Positions 1 through 13,980 of a DNA stretch of 64,000 nt are shown here, one piece after another; position 1 is the stretch's first letter, and each line of letters starts with the position of its first letter. The notes under the pieces are model-generated. The model was not told the DNA's origin. It made no database searches and saw only the letters and a list, made by a program, of their open reading frames with translations. The DNA is taken from the NCBI GenBank assembly GCA_051294375.1, contig CM119263.1, positions 7,922,635-7,986,634 of the forward strand, given 5' to 3'. The DNA comes from Paraspadella gotoi. Its lineage: Eukaryota > Animalia > Chaetognatha. A program made the translations under genes and the position numbers.

Positions 1-555
1 AATCAGGTGGGGAACTGTTTATACGAAAGAGGGTTGAACAACCAGAGGTCAGAGTTAGGATTAAAGGCTAAATAAAGGATAAAGGAAAGAAATAAAGGAG
101 GAAAAAAAAGTTGATCCATTTAAACGAATGTAAAGTCGAGCAATGTTAAGTGAAATTGAGTTGTTGATACTGAAATTATACTACGTTGTGGTAAAGTCTC
201 AGTTATGTCAAAGAAGACGAACGAAGTCAAGTTATGCGAAGTCTGAAGAAAGAAATCTTTACTCAGCAAATCGAAAGGCCGTCGGCTTCGACGAAATCAA
301 AGCAAAAACTCGCGCGAAAATCGGTGCAGTTCTTTCGATTTGACAGTGGGTCATTTATTGGCCGGATATTATATTAAGGGAATTGGTTTTGGGGGCGTAC
401 AGTGGGTCACTGTTTGTCTAGCGGAGGGTCGTCACGAATCGGGGCCAATCACGTTTCGTTGTCGTCGTCGTCTTCTTCGTCTCGTCGCTCAACTTCCGGC
501 GTTTTTCTGCTCCGTTTCGTCTCTTGTTTCACGGGATCATTTTGAAGGCGCTGAC

Positions 556-645
556 GACGCCGGGACCGACGCCGGGACCGACGCCGGTGCCGACGCCGGT
601 GNNNNNNNNNNTGCCGACGCCGGTGCCGACGCCGGGACCGACGCC
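556..645. repeat. 12 bp GC-rich tandem repeat GACGCCGG(GA/TG)CC spanning a gap
   Basis: Direct reading. Confidence 0.9.
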
Positions 646-1012
646 CACCAGTTCAGTCGGGATTTGGGTCAGAGGAACAAACACCCGATCAGAGAGGAAG
701 TGAGGAAAAGAAGAAAGAATTCGGGAATGACGCGGAAGTCTGCGCTTGCCATCCTCATCCCTCCCAACCCTCTTTCATTCCCCCTTCCCCCCCCCTCCCG
801 CCAAAAAAACCCCACACTTCCTCCAACTTTCGTTCTAAAACGATTCAAGAAAAAAAACATATGGACGACGACGACGACGACAATAACAACAACGACGACG
901 ACGTCATCGCGCTCGTTTCGATGCCATCTGTTCCGAATTGAAAAAAAAAATGGAATCTTTTTCGCGCTCAGATGAGCAAAGGGAGAGAAAAAAAGAAGCA
1001 AACACGAAATAT

Positions 1013-1052
<40 letters not shown>

Positions 1053-1199
1053 AGGGAGGAGAAGAGAGAGAGAGATGAAGGGGCTTCTTTTCTCCGATTG
1101 TTATCGTCGCTCTAATAACTGACTGGTCGAGCCTTGGCGTCCACCTCGCGTGACACCCAAGCCAGTATTGAGAGAGAGGAGAGAGAGGAGCAGGAGAAG

Positions 1200-1236
<37 letters not shown>

Positions 1237-3011
1237 CGTTTCATCGAAGTCGGCCGTCGCTGCTCTTCATGATTTATTAATTTAATAAAATTTTTAAGTC
1301 CGCGGGTCGGAAAAGTAAAATTTGATCCGGTGCTTCGGGTGGAGTCGAGCTTCGTCATCGTCGTCGTTATGGTCGTCGTTTTCGTCGTCGTCGTCGTTGT
1401 CGCCTGCAAGAGGATTTTGTCGCAAACAAAAGGATGAAAGAAGAACACAACCGACGGATTGTCTTCGGACTTGGAGTTGATGTTAGACATCGTCGTTGTT
1501 GTCGTCGTCGTTCGTCGTCGTCGTTCGTCGCATTCTTTTTCTCTGTGCGTCAAAGCGGAAACCGGAACTAGAAGTATGAACGCGCGATCGTCGTGTGGCA
1601 TCCGGGGTTTAACCGTTGGGGGGGGGGAAAGCTTGTTTGATGGAATCTCGGAATCCCTGGGTTTTGAGTGAAAGAATACAATTTTCGATGGAATATGAAA
1701 AATGAAACTACTAGAATAAAATAAGGAAAATTAATTGTCGATGTTTGGCTTTAATTTCAATACAATTTCTTCGCTTTCTTTTTCCATGGCTTATTGTTTT
1801 CATTTGGTAATTGTAATATGTACGTACATGTTGACCGGGCTTCGGTTAGCATCAATATTTTTCATTCTGGCTCATGTCAACATTTGCTTAGTGTTTTTCT
1901 TTAACTCGCTAATTTGGAAATCCGGATTTTTGTGAGTTTTCGTTTGAGATAAAAAAGTTGATTTTGGACAAAAAAAAGGATTTTTGAGATTTTATCGGAA
2001 AATTCCGAGGAAAAGATAACAGGAACTCGAAAAGCTCGAGAAAACAAAAGACTGGGAAAGACGGAGTCACGAAAAAATGAACATGAAATTGGAATAAATT
2101 AAAATGAAAATTAAAGGTATTAAAAGTGAGAAATAATAAATTTAAAAGAAATATATATGTCTATAAGTCTTTATTCCGTGATACTCTTTCGGAATTATCT
2201 TGCTATTGTGGGCTTTTTAAATAGTATAACGAAAAAAGAACAATCAAAGTTTAAAATAAAAAGGAAAAACCGAAAAAAAAAGTTTTTTTAAATCGAAAAT
2301 TCTAGAAGAAGAAAAAAAACCTCGATTAGATCTTTGGAAAAGGAGAGACTTGAAGTGGGGGAAGACGTTGCCTCTCGCGGGAGTGGGGGGGAGGTGGGGG
2401 GGAGTAAGGGACAAAGGAAAGTGAAGGGGGGCGTGAGATGCAGATGGAGACAGGGACGAGGACGATCGATCTGATGGAGTTTGGGTCGATGACTTTTTAT
2501 CTGATGGAGTTTAACGTGATCGGAGTGGAAAGGAGTTGGACGGCGTCCAATCACCAATCGGGAAAAGACGGAAAGAGAGGGCGTTGGAGATGAGAATCTG
2601 GCTTTCTGTCGTTTTTTTTTTTTTAATGTCTGTTTCGGTTAATTCTTGTTTGAGCCGGTTTTAATTTGGAACGAGGCTGACTCATTCTATGGTAAGGAAA
2701 TTCTTCTCCTAAATACCGAGTTGTTCCTTCTGACTTTTAATCCCATTTAAATCTATAAATCAATTTTTTAAAGATTTTTGTAAGGTTATATTTTTTCGGT
2801 AGACTAGAATATAAAAAAAAGCTTAAATCTATGCTAGAAAGTGAGAAAAGAAATAGTTTGCTTTGTTACTCTCTTCTTGATTATTGTTGAATAATTTTAA
2901 ATAAACTTGACATTTACCTGAACATTTAATAAAACAATGTTCAACGAAAAAGTTAATTATCACACTTGTTAGGTAATTCCCTTTAAGCGAGTCCACTCGA
3001 TGGCAGGTATC

Positions 3012-3083
<72 letters not shown>

Positions 3084-3291
3084 TCTCTCTCATTGAGTCA
3101 TCCGGTGAGTCACTTGCTTCCTTTTTTTAACAAAATCTCCCCCAGGAAATCCACATTCCAAAAACACAATAGAAAGAAGCAAGGATTAGTTATGCTTTAA
3201 TAAAACTCATCGATGATTCGTTTTTTCAATTTATTCCATTTATTTTTTCTTGAGTCTTTAGAATAAATTATTGAAAGTTTTTGAATAACAT

Positions 3292-3357
<66 letters not shown>

Positions 3358-4309
3358 AGACGTGGACTGAGTCATGAAGCTTTTTTGGGAGGATCCATTG
3401 AATTTCAGACAGGATTTAGAAAAGGAAAAAAAATTACGACCAAAATTATTTTTCATGATATTTTTTTCTTTATATAATCTTAATCCTAATGTTCATGTCA
3501 ATAATTTAATTTTTAACAGCGTCATCAATAAATTTCTTGTTTGTATTTCGTTTTAGATGAAACAAAGAAGAATTCGTCTTTCTCAAAATATCCCCCAAAA
3601 AAGGGAAAATATTGAAACCCTATACTGAAAAACATTAATAAAAGCAGGGGAAGACGGGGGGAGTGTAATTTATTGGTTATTATTATTATTATTCTCTACG
3701 GTTTAAAAAGGGCTCGAACCACCTGCTCCCGTTCCGTATCGGCTTTCCTTCTTCGGTGGGAAGGGGGAGGACCGAGAAGGGGGGGCAGGCGAGAAGTGTG
3801 CTGGGGTGTACGAGAGGGAGAGGGCAGATGGGTGGAGATAGGTGATGAAGTGGAAATTGGAGTGCTTGCTATGGTGTGGTAATGATTATCTACACGCATA
3901 GAGTCAGAAAGTAATGAGTACAGAAAAAAAATAAGAAGAGCTTATTAGAAAACCTTGTATACGTATCTCTTTCTTCTTTTCCATTAACTTTTCTCTCTTC
4001 AATAAGTGTGGTTAGAAAAAAAGCGACACTAAAGCAAAGGGGTGTTTTTTGTAAGGCATCGAAAAGTCGGCGAAAATCAAAATTCGTCTCCGTCACGTGA
4101 CGATCTTTTTTTTTTTCTTCTTTGTTTTTATTCTCTTTTATTTATTTTATTCTTTTTTTGTTTTTTCTTTTCTTCAATTATTTTTCTTTTTTTCCTCTCT
4201 TTTTCCGCCTTCGAATTTTCCCTTTTTTTCTTTATATTTCGCTTATAAGAAAAAAAAGTCGGAATCAGTGACTTTGATTCGTTGACGCGATTCCATCAAA
4301 TCCGATTTC

Positions 4310-4382
<73 letters not shown>

Positions 4383-5142
4383 AACTTAACTTACAAACAC
4401 TCAGAAAAAGAAAATTCCCCAAACGGCATTTGAGCTAAACTTAGTTTTCCTTTAGTTGCTTCCCACATCAATTGGAGTTTTTTGTTTTCTTGATTCTGGA
4501 AAAAAAGTTTGTCGCGGACCAAAGTCGTTGATTGCTCTTGGTGCATTGTAAAGGATTGGACGCACATACGCCCAACGGGATTCAAACGAGAGACCAATAA
4601 GGAGAAGGAGCCAGGAATCGTTGGACAATACCGATTCGGTTACAATGTCAGTTACAATTACAAATTTCTCATTTAAAAATCATATACAGTTGTATAATCG
4701 ATCCCCACTATTGTTAGTCTATGAGGCCGCTAACATCCATTCGTACTCGGCGGGTTTATAATGACATTGAGATTCATTACAAAACCTGGTTACAAAAAAC
4801 GCCCAGTTTCAAAACAACAACAACAACAACAAATCTTTGGCAATTACGCAGACGTCGACGACTATTACACTTGGTGGACGCCCTAATGTAAAAATAACAA
4901 TAACAACAATTATCAAGACACCCAGTGGACAATAGGAAGGCTTTGCAAACAATTGCCAAAATGATAACGACGATGACGACGACGACGACGCCCGGACGAC
5001 GCCCGGACCGGTTTTTCTCCCGAAGGCAAAGAAACTAAGAAAACCTTGAGTTTAAAGAAAAAAGAAAAAAAAGTTTCTTTTCTCGAATCCTTAACTTCCT
5101 TTGTTGTGGCGTTTCCGCTTCGCCGCCGGCGGAGACGACGAC

Positions 5143-5198
<56 letters not shown>

Positions 5199-5518
5199 GG
5201 AGGCGGACGACGATCCCCACCACCCCAACCACAGTCTCCTCCACCGTCAAAGACAAAACAACAAAAAAAAAAATTAAAATCTCAAAACAAAACGACATCC
5301 GGTCGAAGCGTCGGTCAAGCGTGGAGAAAGAGTCGTGCCCGGCCTGGAACTCGACGACAAAGACGATAATGACGACGATGACGTCGAACTCATTCGCCGC
5401 ATCATCTGGGACCCCGCGTCGTTACTTAATCCCTCGATTCTGATTGGCTTAGAGATCTAAATGATGATTTGATTGGCCGTCTGCTCTCTCTCTTTCTCTC
5501 TCCTGCTCTCGTCGTCTC

Positions 5519-5558
<40 letters not shown>

Positions 5559-6636
5559 GGGATTTCCCTCCCCCCCTCTTCCAGCTCTGCACCAAGGGGT
5601 CCCCCCGGAAGTCTCGAGACTTTTTATTTACTTACTTTTTTTTCTCTTTTTCTTTCTTTTTCAAACTCACTTTTCTCTTTCTTTCTCTCTCTTGGTTTCC
5701 GGCCGAGATTCGCTTCCGAGACAAATTTTAAGGGGGAAAGGATTTATTTTTAAGGGAGGAGTCCCGAGTTTGTCTCAATTGTTCCCAAAGAGGCCAAATG
5801 CTTTGTCCTCAAGGTCCCGAAAAAAGATTTTGTCCTTTTTAAAATTTCATCTTCTTTTTATGTGAATTCGTTTCCTGACGAAATCCGTGGAGGAAGAAGC
5901 GACGCACGCAGATTGCTGGTACGAAGGGGCTCGGTATTGTATGAGTTATAAATAGAAAACATGATTATTAAGACTATTAAATAATTAAAACCGTACATAC
6001 AGGTACGGTTTTAGGGTCTGATCGTATCTAAATTGAAAATACAATATTTTAAATTTGAACTTATTTAGTATAAAACACTCCAGCCTAGTGATGTAAAAGA
6101 AAAAAAGATTATTCTTAAATTATGTGTTTTTTAATAAATTTTGACCCGTGCCCCTTAAAACATGTACTGAATAGGAAAGAAAAACCGGGAGATCCTGATA
6201 AAGGAAGATCTTCAATGTTGACTCATCAAAACGGAACTACTGATCCAGAGATCCCGGTTGCGGGCGAACGAAATATTTTCAACTTTTTGGGAAGTCGTAT
6301 CTTCCGTCGACTCTGTCCCTCGATTCCATCCGTCCATCCGTCCATCGATCCGGCCAATCAACCCTCGACGTCACCGCTTTCAAAATCGAATGACTTTTTG
6401 TCGCGGAAAAAGTCTCTCGTCTCCTAAAAAGTCTCCCACCCTCGCGAAAAAGTTCCCACACTCTTTTTTTGTCACGCGAAACGATTCCAAGTTCAGGTTA
6501 ATTTTTTGGATCCACGAATTGAAATCTCCCCGCCACCGAAATATAAAAATATTTCTCGTTCTTTATGGTTTAATTTCTGCGCGAATCGGTTTTTAAGAGA
6601 TAAAACTAAAATTCCCAAGTGTTTATTAATTGATAT

Positions 6637-6708
6637 ATTGATTTATTGATTTATTGATTTAAAGATTTATCGATTTATTGATTTATTGATTTATTGATTT
6701 ATTGATTT
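6637..6708. repeat. (ATTTATTG)n 8-mer repeat
   Basis: Direct reading. Confidence 0.9.
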
Positions 6709-6930
6709 CATAATCAATTTACTTTCTTGTAATTCAACTACATAATAGTCCTCCCATATTAGTTATTATTCCTTGCCCCCATTCAGTTTCTGCTGGGCGA
6801 CAGAAGGGGCGAATTCACTGTCATTTCGGCGGGAAAATGGAATCTGTGTTTCCGGTCGAAGCCCTGGGAGAAGGGCGAGGATTGGGTTTGGGTGGGAAAG
6901 GTAAGGGTTCAAGGATCCGAGGAGATGGGA

Positions 6931-7437
6931 TCATCTTTCCGTCGGGACGATCAAGATTGTCGTGTCGGGCGACTCGATCTTACACGTTTGGTATCGAATG
7001 ATTTTCTTCGACATCAAACTCGTTTTAATTGCTGAGACGCGTCTCGTAGTCGGGTGTTGGATGCACCGGTGGATGTGGAAGGGACTGATGAGATGGTCGT
7101 TAGGTCGAGAAGAAAAAGATAAACACTTAGCATCAAATTTCTGTAAAAAGTCTTTCGGTTTGACTTCGGGAAAGGAATGAAAATTCGTTAACCTTAAAGG
7201 CAATGCTCGCTCATCAATTCTCATCTCCAAGTAGATTAGTTCATCTCGATAAAGAATAGGTCCTGCTGCACGTATTAAACGTGTTCCCTCATCACAGTCG
7301 TAATGAAAAGTTGCTCGCATCGGGTTTGAACCTTCCGTGTTAGGTCGTCGTCCCCAATCTGCATTCTGCAATGACAGTGAGATACCTAGCGCCCCGAGCA
7401 TCTCAGATAATTCCCTTCGACACTGCCAATCTACCAC
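6931..7437 (-). pseudogene. Possible degenerate reverse transcriptase C-terminal/thumb fragment (Penelope-like or other non-LTR)
   Basis: A 168 aa non-repetitive ORF. LSEMLGALGISLS...ELIYLEMRID...LRLTNF...KPKD...CLSFSSRP.DH loosely resembles the (F/Y)LD-x-I...T...KP...yL.f.S.hP pattern. No YxDD motif is present. Confidence 0.3.
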
Positions 7438-8675
7438 AGTCCTTTAATTTCATAAAATGTTTTTTTTTTAGATTAAATATATCAAATATCTCAAACACAA
7501 CGAAAGAAAGTTTAATCACAGTGTCATAAAATGTTTTGAAAAACTTCGATGTTCCCAAAATAAGGATCTGTTCCAGGGAACAAGAGACGTGACACAACAA
7601 TCCCTATCCGAGTGACAAGCCGCGTGATTAACTTCTCCGCCTTTCCAATTACCCTAATTATAATTCTTTAAACGAACTCATTTTATTTTAACTCCGTGAA
7701 GCGTCGCTTTTAATTTTCTAATCGACGATGATGTTTCCTTTGATCTTCGAGCGACGAACAATTTCGCTTTTCGTCGAGACCCTTCTCTTTACTCCCGGAT
7801 ATATATATCTGCACCCCCGAAGCGGCTCGAGGCCCCGAACGGGTCGGGGGGCCCCGAGCGGCTCGTCTTTTTTTTATTTTTTGGTCGGCCCGAAACTATT
7901 CGACGACCCTTCGTCGGCATCCCAACTCAAATTTGCTTTTAGGTTTTGATTTTTGGTTCCATCGGAATTTCGCTCTTTTTTTAAAAAAATTTAAAAAAAT
8001 TCTCTCGGCCCATGGAGTCGACGGATTAACGGATTCCGACGCTTCCGAAGATTTTATAAAAAAAAAAAAATATTTAAACATTAAAAAAAAACCATAGTTT
8101 TAAATTTTCGGCTACTTCTAAATATTCATTTAATATAGTGATACTTAATACACTATATTCAGTGGAGGTCGTCGAGTAAAAAAATAGCGAACAAAATGAG
8201 ATGAATCGATTTATCAAAATCAAAAATGCTAACAGAATAAAATTTGCTGATTGTACAATGGGGCATTCATTTTCATAGGTAGAGGTTGTTTAGTTTACAT
8301 GTGTAAACAAAATATTATAAAAAAGAATTCCTAATAAGGTAAAGTTTTGGGACCGGGGTTTAAAAAAAGGAGCAAAACTTTTCTTCGCAAGAAATGTAAT
8401 TTCTAAAGAATTCAAAGATAATTTCATTTTCTTTCTTAAGTAATATTACTCAGGATCTCCACTCTTTTATATCTGTTTAATAGTCCCATTTAAAAACAAA
8501 TTGACAATCATTATCACTATTTCCTATTTTCACGAGTCAAATCCGTATATAAATTACGATTATTTGGCTAAGGTGGATTTTAAGACTTCACTTGTCAAAT
8601 TATTCAAATCCTGGAATCTTATTTACAATTCGAAGGGGGAATCGTGCGTGTGTGTAATAAAGAGAAGAGAGAGAG

Positions 8676-8716
<41 letters not shown>

Positions 8717-11001
8717 TTTGCTCGCTCCGCAACCTTTAAATGCACTACGCGATTCAAGGTTTCTCTTCTGTTTTTTTGAATATAAATCTCCGAAAAAAAA
8801 ACCCTTTCACTTTTGAACTTTAAATTTGAATATTTTTATCTTTTACTTTTAAACTCTCTGCATGAACCGGTTTTGTTGACGAAACATTAAAGATTCCCTT
8901 TCTTTTTCTTTTTGTATCACTCATTTAATTCACTATTTTTAACGCTTCTCAACTTTCATTAACTTCACGCTATTTAAAAGATAGCGAAGTGAAGGGAAAT
9001 CGTCAACAGGGATGAGACATCAGTGAAAGAAAAGGAATCAAAACAAGTGAAGTAAACGCGAAGGAAAAAGTGAAAGGTTGAAACGGATTTGAAAAAAAAA
9101 AGGAGAAAGAAATTAGTAAGAAAAGACAGGTTCTCGGCGTCTAAATCTGGTAAGAAGAGGGTTTAAAGCGTCACCCCGTCGNNNNNNNNNNCGTAACCTG
9201 TTTGTTCTCTTCAATTTAACAGGCAATGACGCGGTGTTTTATCAGACGATTACAAGCGGCTGCCTCCTCTGGACCAAGAAATTGCCATTTGACGTCTCGT
9301 AAGGCTTAATCATCCCGGGGGGGTTATTGCTTACGGCAGGAGTATGCGGGGTGACTGTCTCCGTCTCTCTTTGACTCTGTCTCTGTCCAGCTATTACTTT
9401 TTATTTCTTTGTGTTTCCCTATTATCCGCGGTTTCACTCTGACCCTCTTTCTTTCTCCCCCTGCTCCTTCTTCACGATCGGACCCCCCCCTCTTTCTCTC
9501 GCGCGCCCAGGAGCCTCAAGTGTGCACCCTTGAGCCCAGGTGGCACGCTGCCCGGCTGCGACGTTCTCAAAACCCTAAACCTAAAACTCACAAAAGAAGG
9601 AAAAGAAAAGAGAGAGAAAAAAAAAGTAGATCAGATCCACTTTACGACTTTTCGGGTAAAACGGAGGGAAATCCGACGCTCAATTTAGGCGAAAGGGGGG
9701 GGCGGAAAGAGGGGGGCGATTTTCGGGGGGGCGGACGGGTGTCGAGGGTAAGGCTTGGAGGGTTGTTTGGGGTAGGGTCGAGGATGGGGAAGTGTTGAAA
9801 CTGGAGTGTTCCGAGCGGCAGAATTTGAGGTTACGCCTTTTACAAAAGATCAAGTTTGTGGAAAAGGGCGTGAATGAGTTGGGGGGGGGGAAAGTTTCGT
9901 TTTTAAGTTTTTCTTTGGTATATTTTAACGATTTGCTTTGGGGAGTCTAATAAACCGAAACGATGTTTTCAAACACATTATACTTAAAGTCATATAAATC
10001 ATACAAGGTTAATTAATTTTTACTAAATAATAAACTCCCCAAAAAAAAACAAGGAAAGCGCGAATCTGGAAGAGTACAAGCAATCTACTAAGAGTTAATC
10101 AAAATATTAGTTTTACAGATTAAAGTTCTCGAGAGACTCATCTGCCATTTCGAGAAGAGAGAGAGCGAGAGGAGTTAATTAATGAGACAACAACGACTGT
10201 AATGAGGACGACGACTACGACGACGAGGACGACGAGGACGACGACGACGACGACGACGACGCCCGTGAAACGAGAGACGCTTTAATTTCCTTTTTTTTTT
10301 CCAAGATCAAAGTTCGTCTTCTGCGAAAATAATTTAATAAAAAAGCGAAATCCACGTTTCGCTTTCGATCCGCTTTTTCGCTTCGAACGTAAAAAGTTCA
10401 AAATCGAACGATAAAAGTCACGATTGGGTGATTCCGGCTCGCGACTCGTGAACAATTTTCCGGCTGAGGCAATCGTGAAATTGTTTATTCTTAATTGTGA
10501 ATGAATGTCGACTGTCGAGTGAATTTTATTGTCGTATTTTAAACTTGTGAAGTCTGTTTAACATTTTTTTTTCTCCCGAATTAAATTTAAATAGGCATCT
10601 ACGAAGTAAGTTAGAAATAAACAATCATTACAAGAACTACTGCATAGTTAAACATTCGCGAATGAAAATATAAAAAAAAAAATTCATCGAAATACGAATC
10701 TTAACACGTGTGAATATTAGGAGGCGAATCCACGCAGCTGTCGATTTTCTTACAATTCACTTTCAACACATTTCTTGTCTTGATTTCGGAACCGACGAAA
10801 CTGGGAAAAGGGGGAGTAGGGGAGAATAAGAGGGGAAGGAGGGGGAGGAGGGGAAAGGAGAGGTGGGGAAGAGTTTGGAGAGAGGATCTTAAGAAAGAGA
10901 AGTACAGTTAGAGAGGTAGGGAGGAAGGAAGGAAGGAAGGAAGGAAGGAAGAAAGGAATGAAAAAAGTAAGAAAAATTAGGTGGAATGTTAGACCAAATG
11001 A

Positions 11002-11195
11002 GAGCACACGGTTATACAATTCACTTTGTCGGTCCGTAGGTCCGTCGGTCCGTCGGTCCCACCCCAAAATCTTGTCGATAAATCATTTATATCATCTCAG
11101 AACATCGAATTATGTAAGATTATGTAAAAAATATCGATAACCGTCCGTCCGTCAGTCTGTGTGACCATCTGTCAGTCTGTATGTCCGTCCGCACC
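11002..11195. mobile_element. Possible HINE/DINE-1-like (Helentron-associated) remnant
   Basis: The motif gcacacggttatacaattcactttgtcggtccgt... is followed by (GTCC/GTCG)n and (GTCT)n tetramer runs, which are typical of such elements. Termini are not resolved. A similar run lies near 46350. Confidence 0.35.
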
Positions 11196-11524
11196 CTTTA
11201 CTCACGAGCGGATAGCGTGATTGACTTGAAAGGCAGGAAATCAAGTTTCAATGGAATCGTCCAAGTGGAAATGCGTTTAAGTGAAGAAAAAAAAATTTAT
11301 TAGGCATTTAATTTTGCTGGTTTTTTCCTTTTATATGAAATGAAAATACATGATGCAAGAACAACTACAATAATTTTGACAATCACCACAACCACAACCA
11401 CAACCACAACCACAACAACTAAAATTAAAACAACTACCGCATAAAAAAACTATAAATTATAAATAGTATGATTGCAAAAAATTACAAGTTTAATCACAAC
11501 TTACAATTTTATCATATTAAATCT

Positions 11525-11716
11525 TAGAGAAAGCAAAGTGTTTTGGAAATTGTTACAACGATTTTTATTTAAGAGACGGACATGTTTCGGCTTGTTGATC
11601 TCAAGCCTTCATCAGCAAGTCGAAACATGTCTCTTAAATAAAAATCGTTGTAACAATTTCCAAAACACTTTGCTTTCTCTAATATTTAAAAACAACGAAA
11701 AGGAAAGGATTATCGC
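11525..11716 (+). mobile_element. Miniature hairpin Penelope-like element, copy A, with hammerhead core
   Basis: Near-perfect inverted arms of about 70 bp (from 11524 ttagagaaagc... to ...gctttctctaa 11682). Tail aacaacgaaaaggaaaggattatcgc. Perfect 14 bp TSD ATCATATTAAATCT at 11511-11524 and 11717-11730. Confidence 0.8.
11579..11615 (-). ncRNA. Minimal type I hammerhead ribozyme core (copy A)
   Basis: The minus strand reads CUGAUGA-A-GGCUUG(agaucaa)CAAGCC-GAAA-CAUGUC: conserved core, 6 bp stem II, palindromic short stem III and a GUC triplet. No convincing stem I in cis. Confidence 0.7.
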
Positions 11717-12344
11717 ATCATATTAAATCTAATCATCTTATTTTATCAACCTATCCTATGATTCGCTGCTTCCCGCTAAATGGCCGCGTGCAGATCCGGC
11801 GTCGTTTGCTCAAACTTGGTTTTTTTAGTGAATTAAAAAAACCACCTAAATACAAGAAAACAAAATAATGTANNNNNNNNNNTGATTCGCTGCTTCCCGC
11901 TAAATGGCCGCGAGCAGATCCGGCGTTGTTTGCTCAAACTTGGTTTTTTTTAGTGAATTAAAAAACCCACCTAAATACAAGAAAACAAAATAATGTATTG
12001 ATTTTTTTATTATAAAGAACTACACATTGTGTAGTACGCAATGTACAAAGTACATGTCTTTATCTTTGCCTTTGATAGTAAAGTTTAAGTTTTAAAATTT
12101 CTTAAAAAAACAAACAAAAAACCAATATAGAAAAGAAAAAAAAACTATGTTTCTTGATTTTCAATATTGTTAGTAAAAAAGTTTTTTCTTCGATTTGTCA
12201 AAAGCTTTACCCCGTGTTAATTCTGAATTAGCGTGTCAGATATTTTGGTTATTTGTCAATCAGAGATTTCGCACATTTTTCTAGTTTCGCGATGAAAGAT
12301 TCTTTTGTGGAGTCAAAATAGAATATAGAAAGAAAGAAAGAGGA

Positions 12345-12406
<62 letters not shown>

Positions 12407-13654
12407 AAGAAGAAAGGATTCCGACAAAAGGGTTTTTTTGCTCTGAGGCGCATTTTTTTCTCATTAAACTCTTTTGTTGAAAGAAACGGAAAATTTAAAG
12501 AGAAACTGAAAGTGAAGACGAGAAAGTAAAACAAAACTTGAGACAAAAAAACCGATTCATTATTTTTTAAAAGTCAAAAAGTGTTGTACTTTTAAAAAAC
12601 AAGACGAAATTCTTTTTATTTCATCTTCGAAACTAATGCATTCAATATTAAATAAACTTTCTCACGGCTTCCTTAAGATCATTTTTCATTTATCGCCGAA
12701 AAAAGTTAAAACAAAGAACGAAACGAGCGATAGAGACGAACGATCTAGCGAACAATCTACCGAACGATCCAACGAACAATATACCGAACGATCGAATGCA
12801 TTGAATTTCTCACGAAGTTCCTTTTGCCGAAATGAATCACCCGTTTTTTATGGATCACCCGCTGAATTAAAGATAAGGAAAGAAAAAAAATATTTAAAAA
12901 TCAAAACAGAAATTCAGGACAAAACTAAGAATGGATTACGAAGGAGACGTCGAGATTTCTTTTTCTTTTTTTTCTTTTCTCTTTTTTTTTTTTTTTTTTG
13001 AGTGAAGTGGCGGACGATCTCAAAACCGAGAAATAATCAAATTTGTTCTCCAGATTTTTATCTCAAATTTTTTTGTTTTATTTTATTTTTAAATTTTTAA
13101 AAAAATTATCGTTTCTTCTTCTTTTTTTTTCGATATCAAATATTTGGAAGCGATTGAACGAGACTAACTTCTTGCTTGTCGCGCGAAAGATCTTTCTCCA
13201 TTTTCTTCTCACCAAAAAAAACTGACATTTATGCAGGTGTTCACGATCTGCGATCAAATACGGCAGTATATTATTGTAGTAAACGAATTCGATTTTGAAT
13301 TATCTTTCGAGTCAACTAACCTGAAAGGCTCAGAAAAAAAAAACCTTCTTTAAAATCTGTTAATTTTAGAAAACCATAATAGTAGTCATGACCACCAAAT
13401 GTTTATTTATTTAGCACATCGTCTTCTTAATTTTCACAATCGTCGTCACCGTCGTCGCCATCGTTGTCACCGTCGTCGCCGTCACTTTAATCGTCATCAC
13501 CGTCGTCGTCGTCAGCGTCGTCGTCACGTGTTTTAAAAGATGCGAGATTCGAGATTGAAATTTACGATCGAAACCGCAATCTCGCTAATCAGTTTAGTGC
13601 GACGACGTCCGAATGAGTTGTTCGCCTTGAAGACGTCAAACGCTGACGAACATG

Positions 13655-13965
13655 ACGACAAAGACGANNNNNNNNNNNNNNNNNNNNNNNNNCAACGGCG
13701 ACTGTCTCGCCTCTAAGACGACGACAAAGACAACAACGACGGGGACGGACGACTGTTTACGCCTCAAAGACGCACGACATAAGAGACAACAACGACGCGA
13801 AACGGACTGTTTACGCCTCTAAGAACGACAACAAAGGACAACAAACGACGACGAAACGAAAACAACGACGACTGTTACGCCCTCTAAGACGGACAACAGA
13901 AGCACACAACGACGACGCGGAGTGTTACGCCTCTAAGACGACGACAAAGGACAACAACGACGTCA
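13655..13965. repeat. Noisy minisatellite of about 40-45 bp (gactgtttacgcctctaagacgacgacaaagacaacaacgac)
   Basis: About 6 imperfect units. Confidence 0.85.
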
Positions 13966-13980
13966 ACATGACCATACATC

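Noticed and set aside
9223-9298. Possible isolated exon (cag|...NDAVFYQTITSGCLLWTKKLPFDV..|gtaagg)
   Set aside because: No partner exons or recognisable homology.
11757-11997. Direct repeat of about 115 bp on either side of a 10-N gap (similar case at 17584-17676)
   Set aside because: Typical unmerged contig overlap, so most likely an assembly artefact.
13655-13965. Repeat array superficially like CRISPR
   Set aside because: No unique spacers, eukaryotic context and no cas genes.
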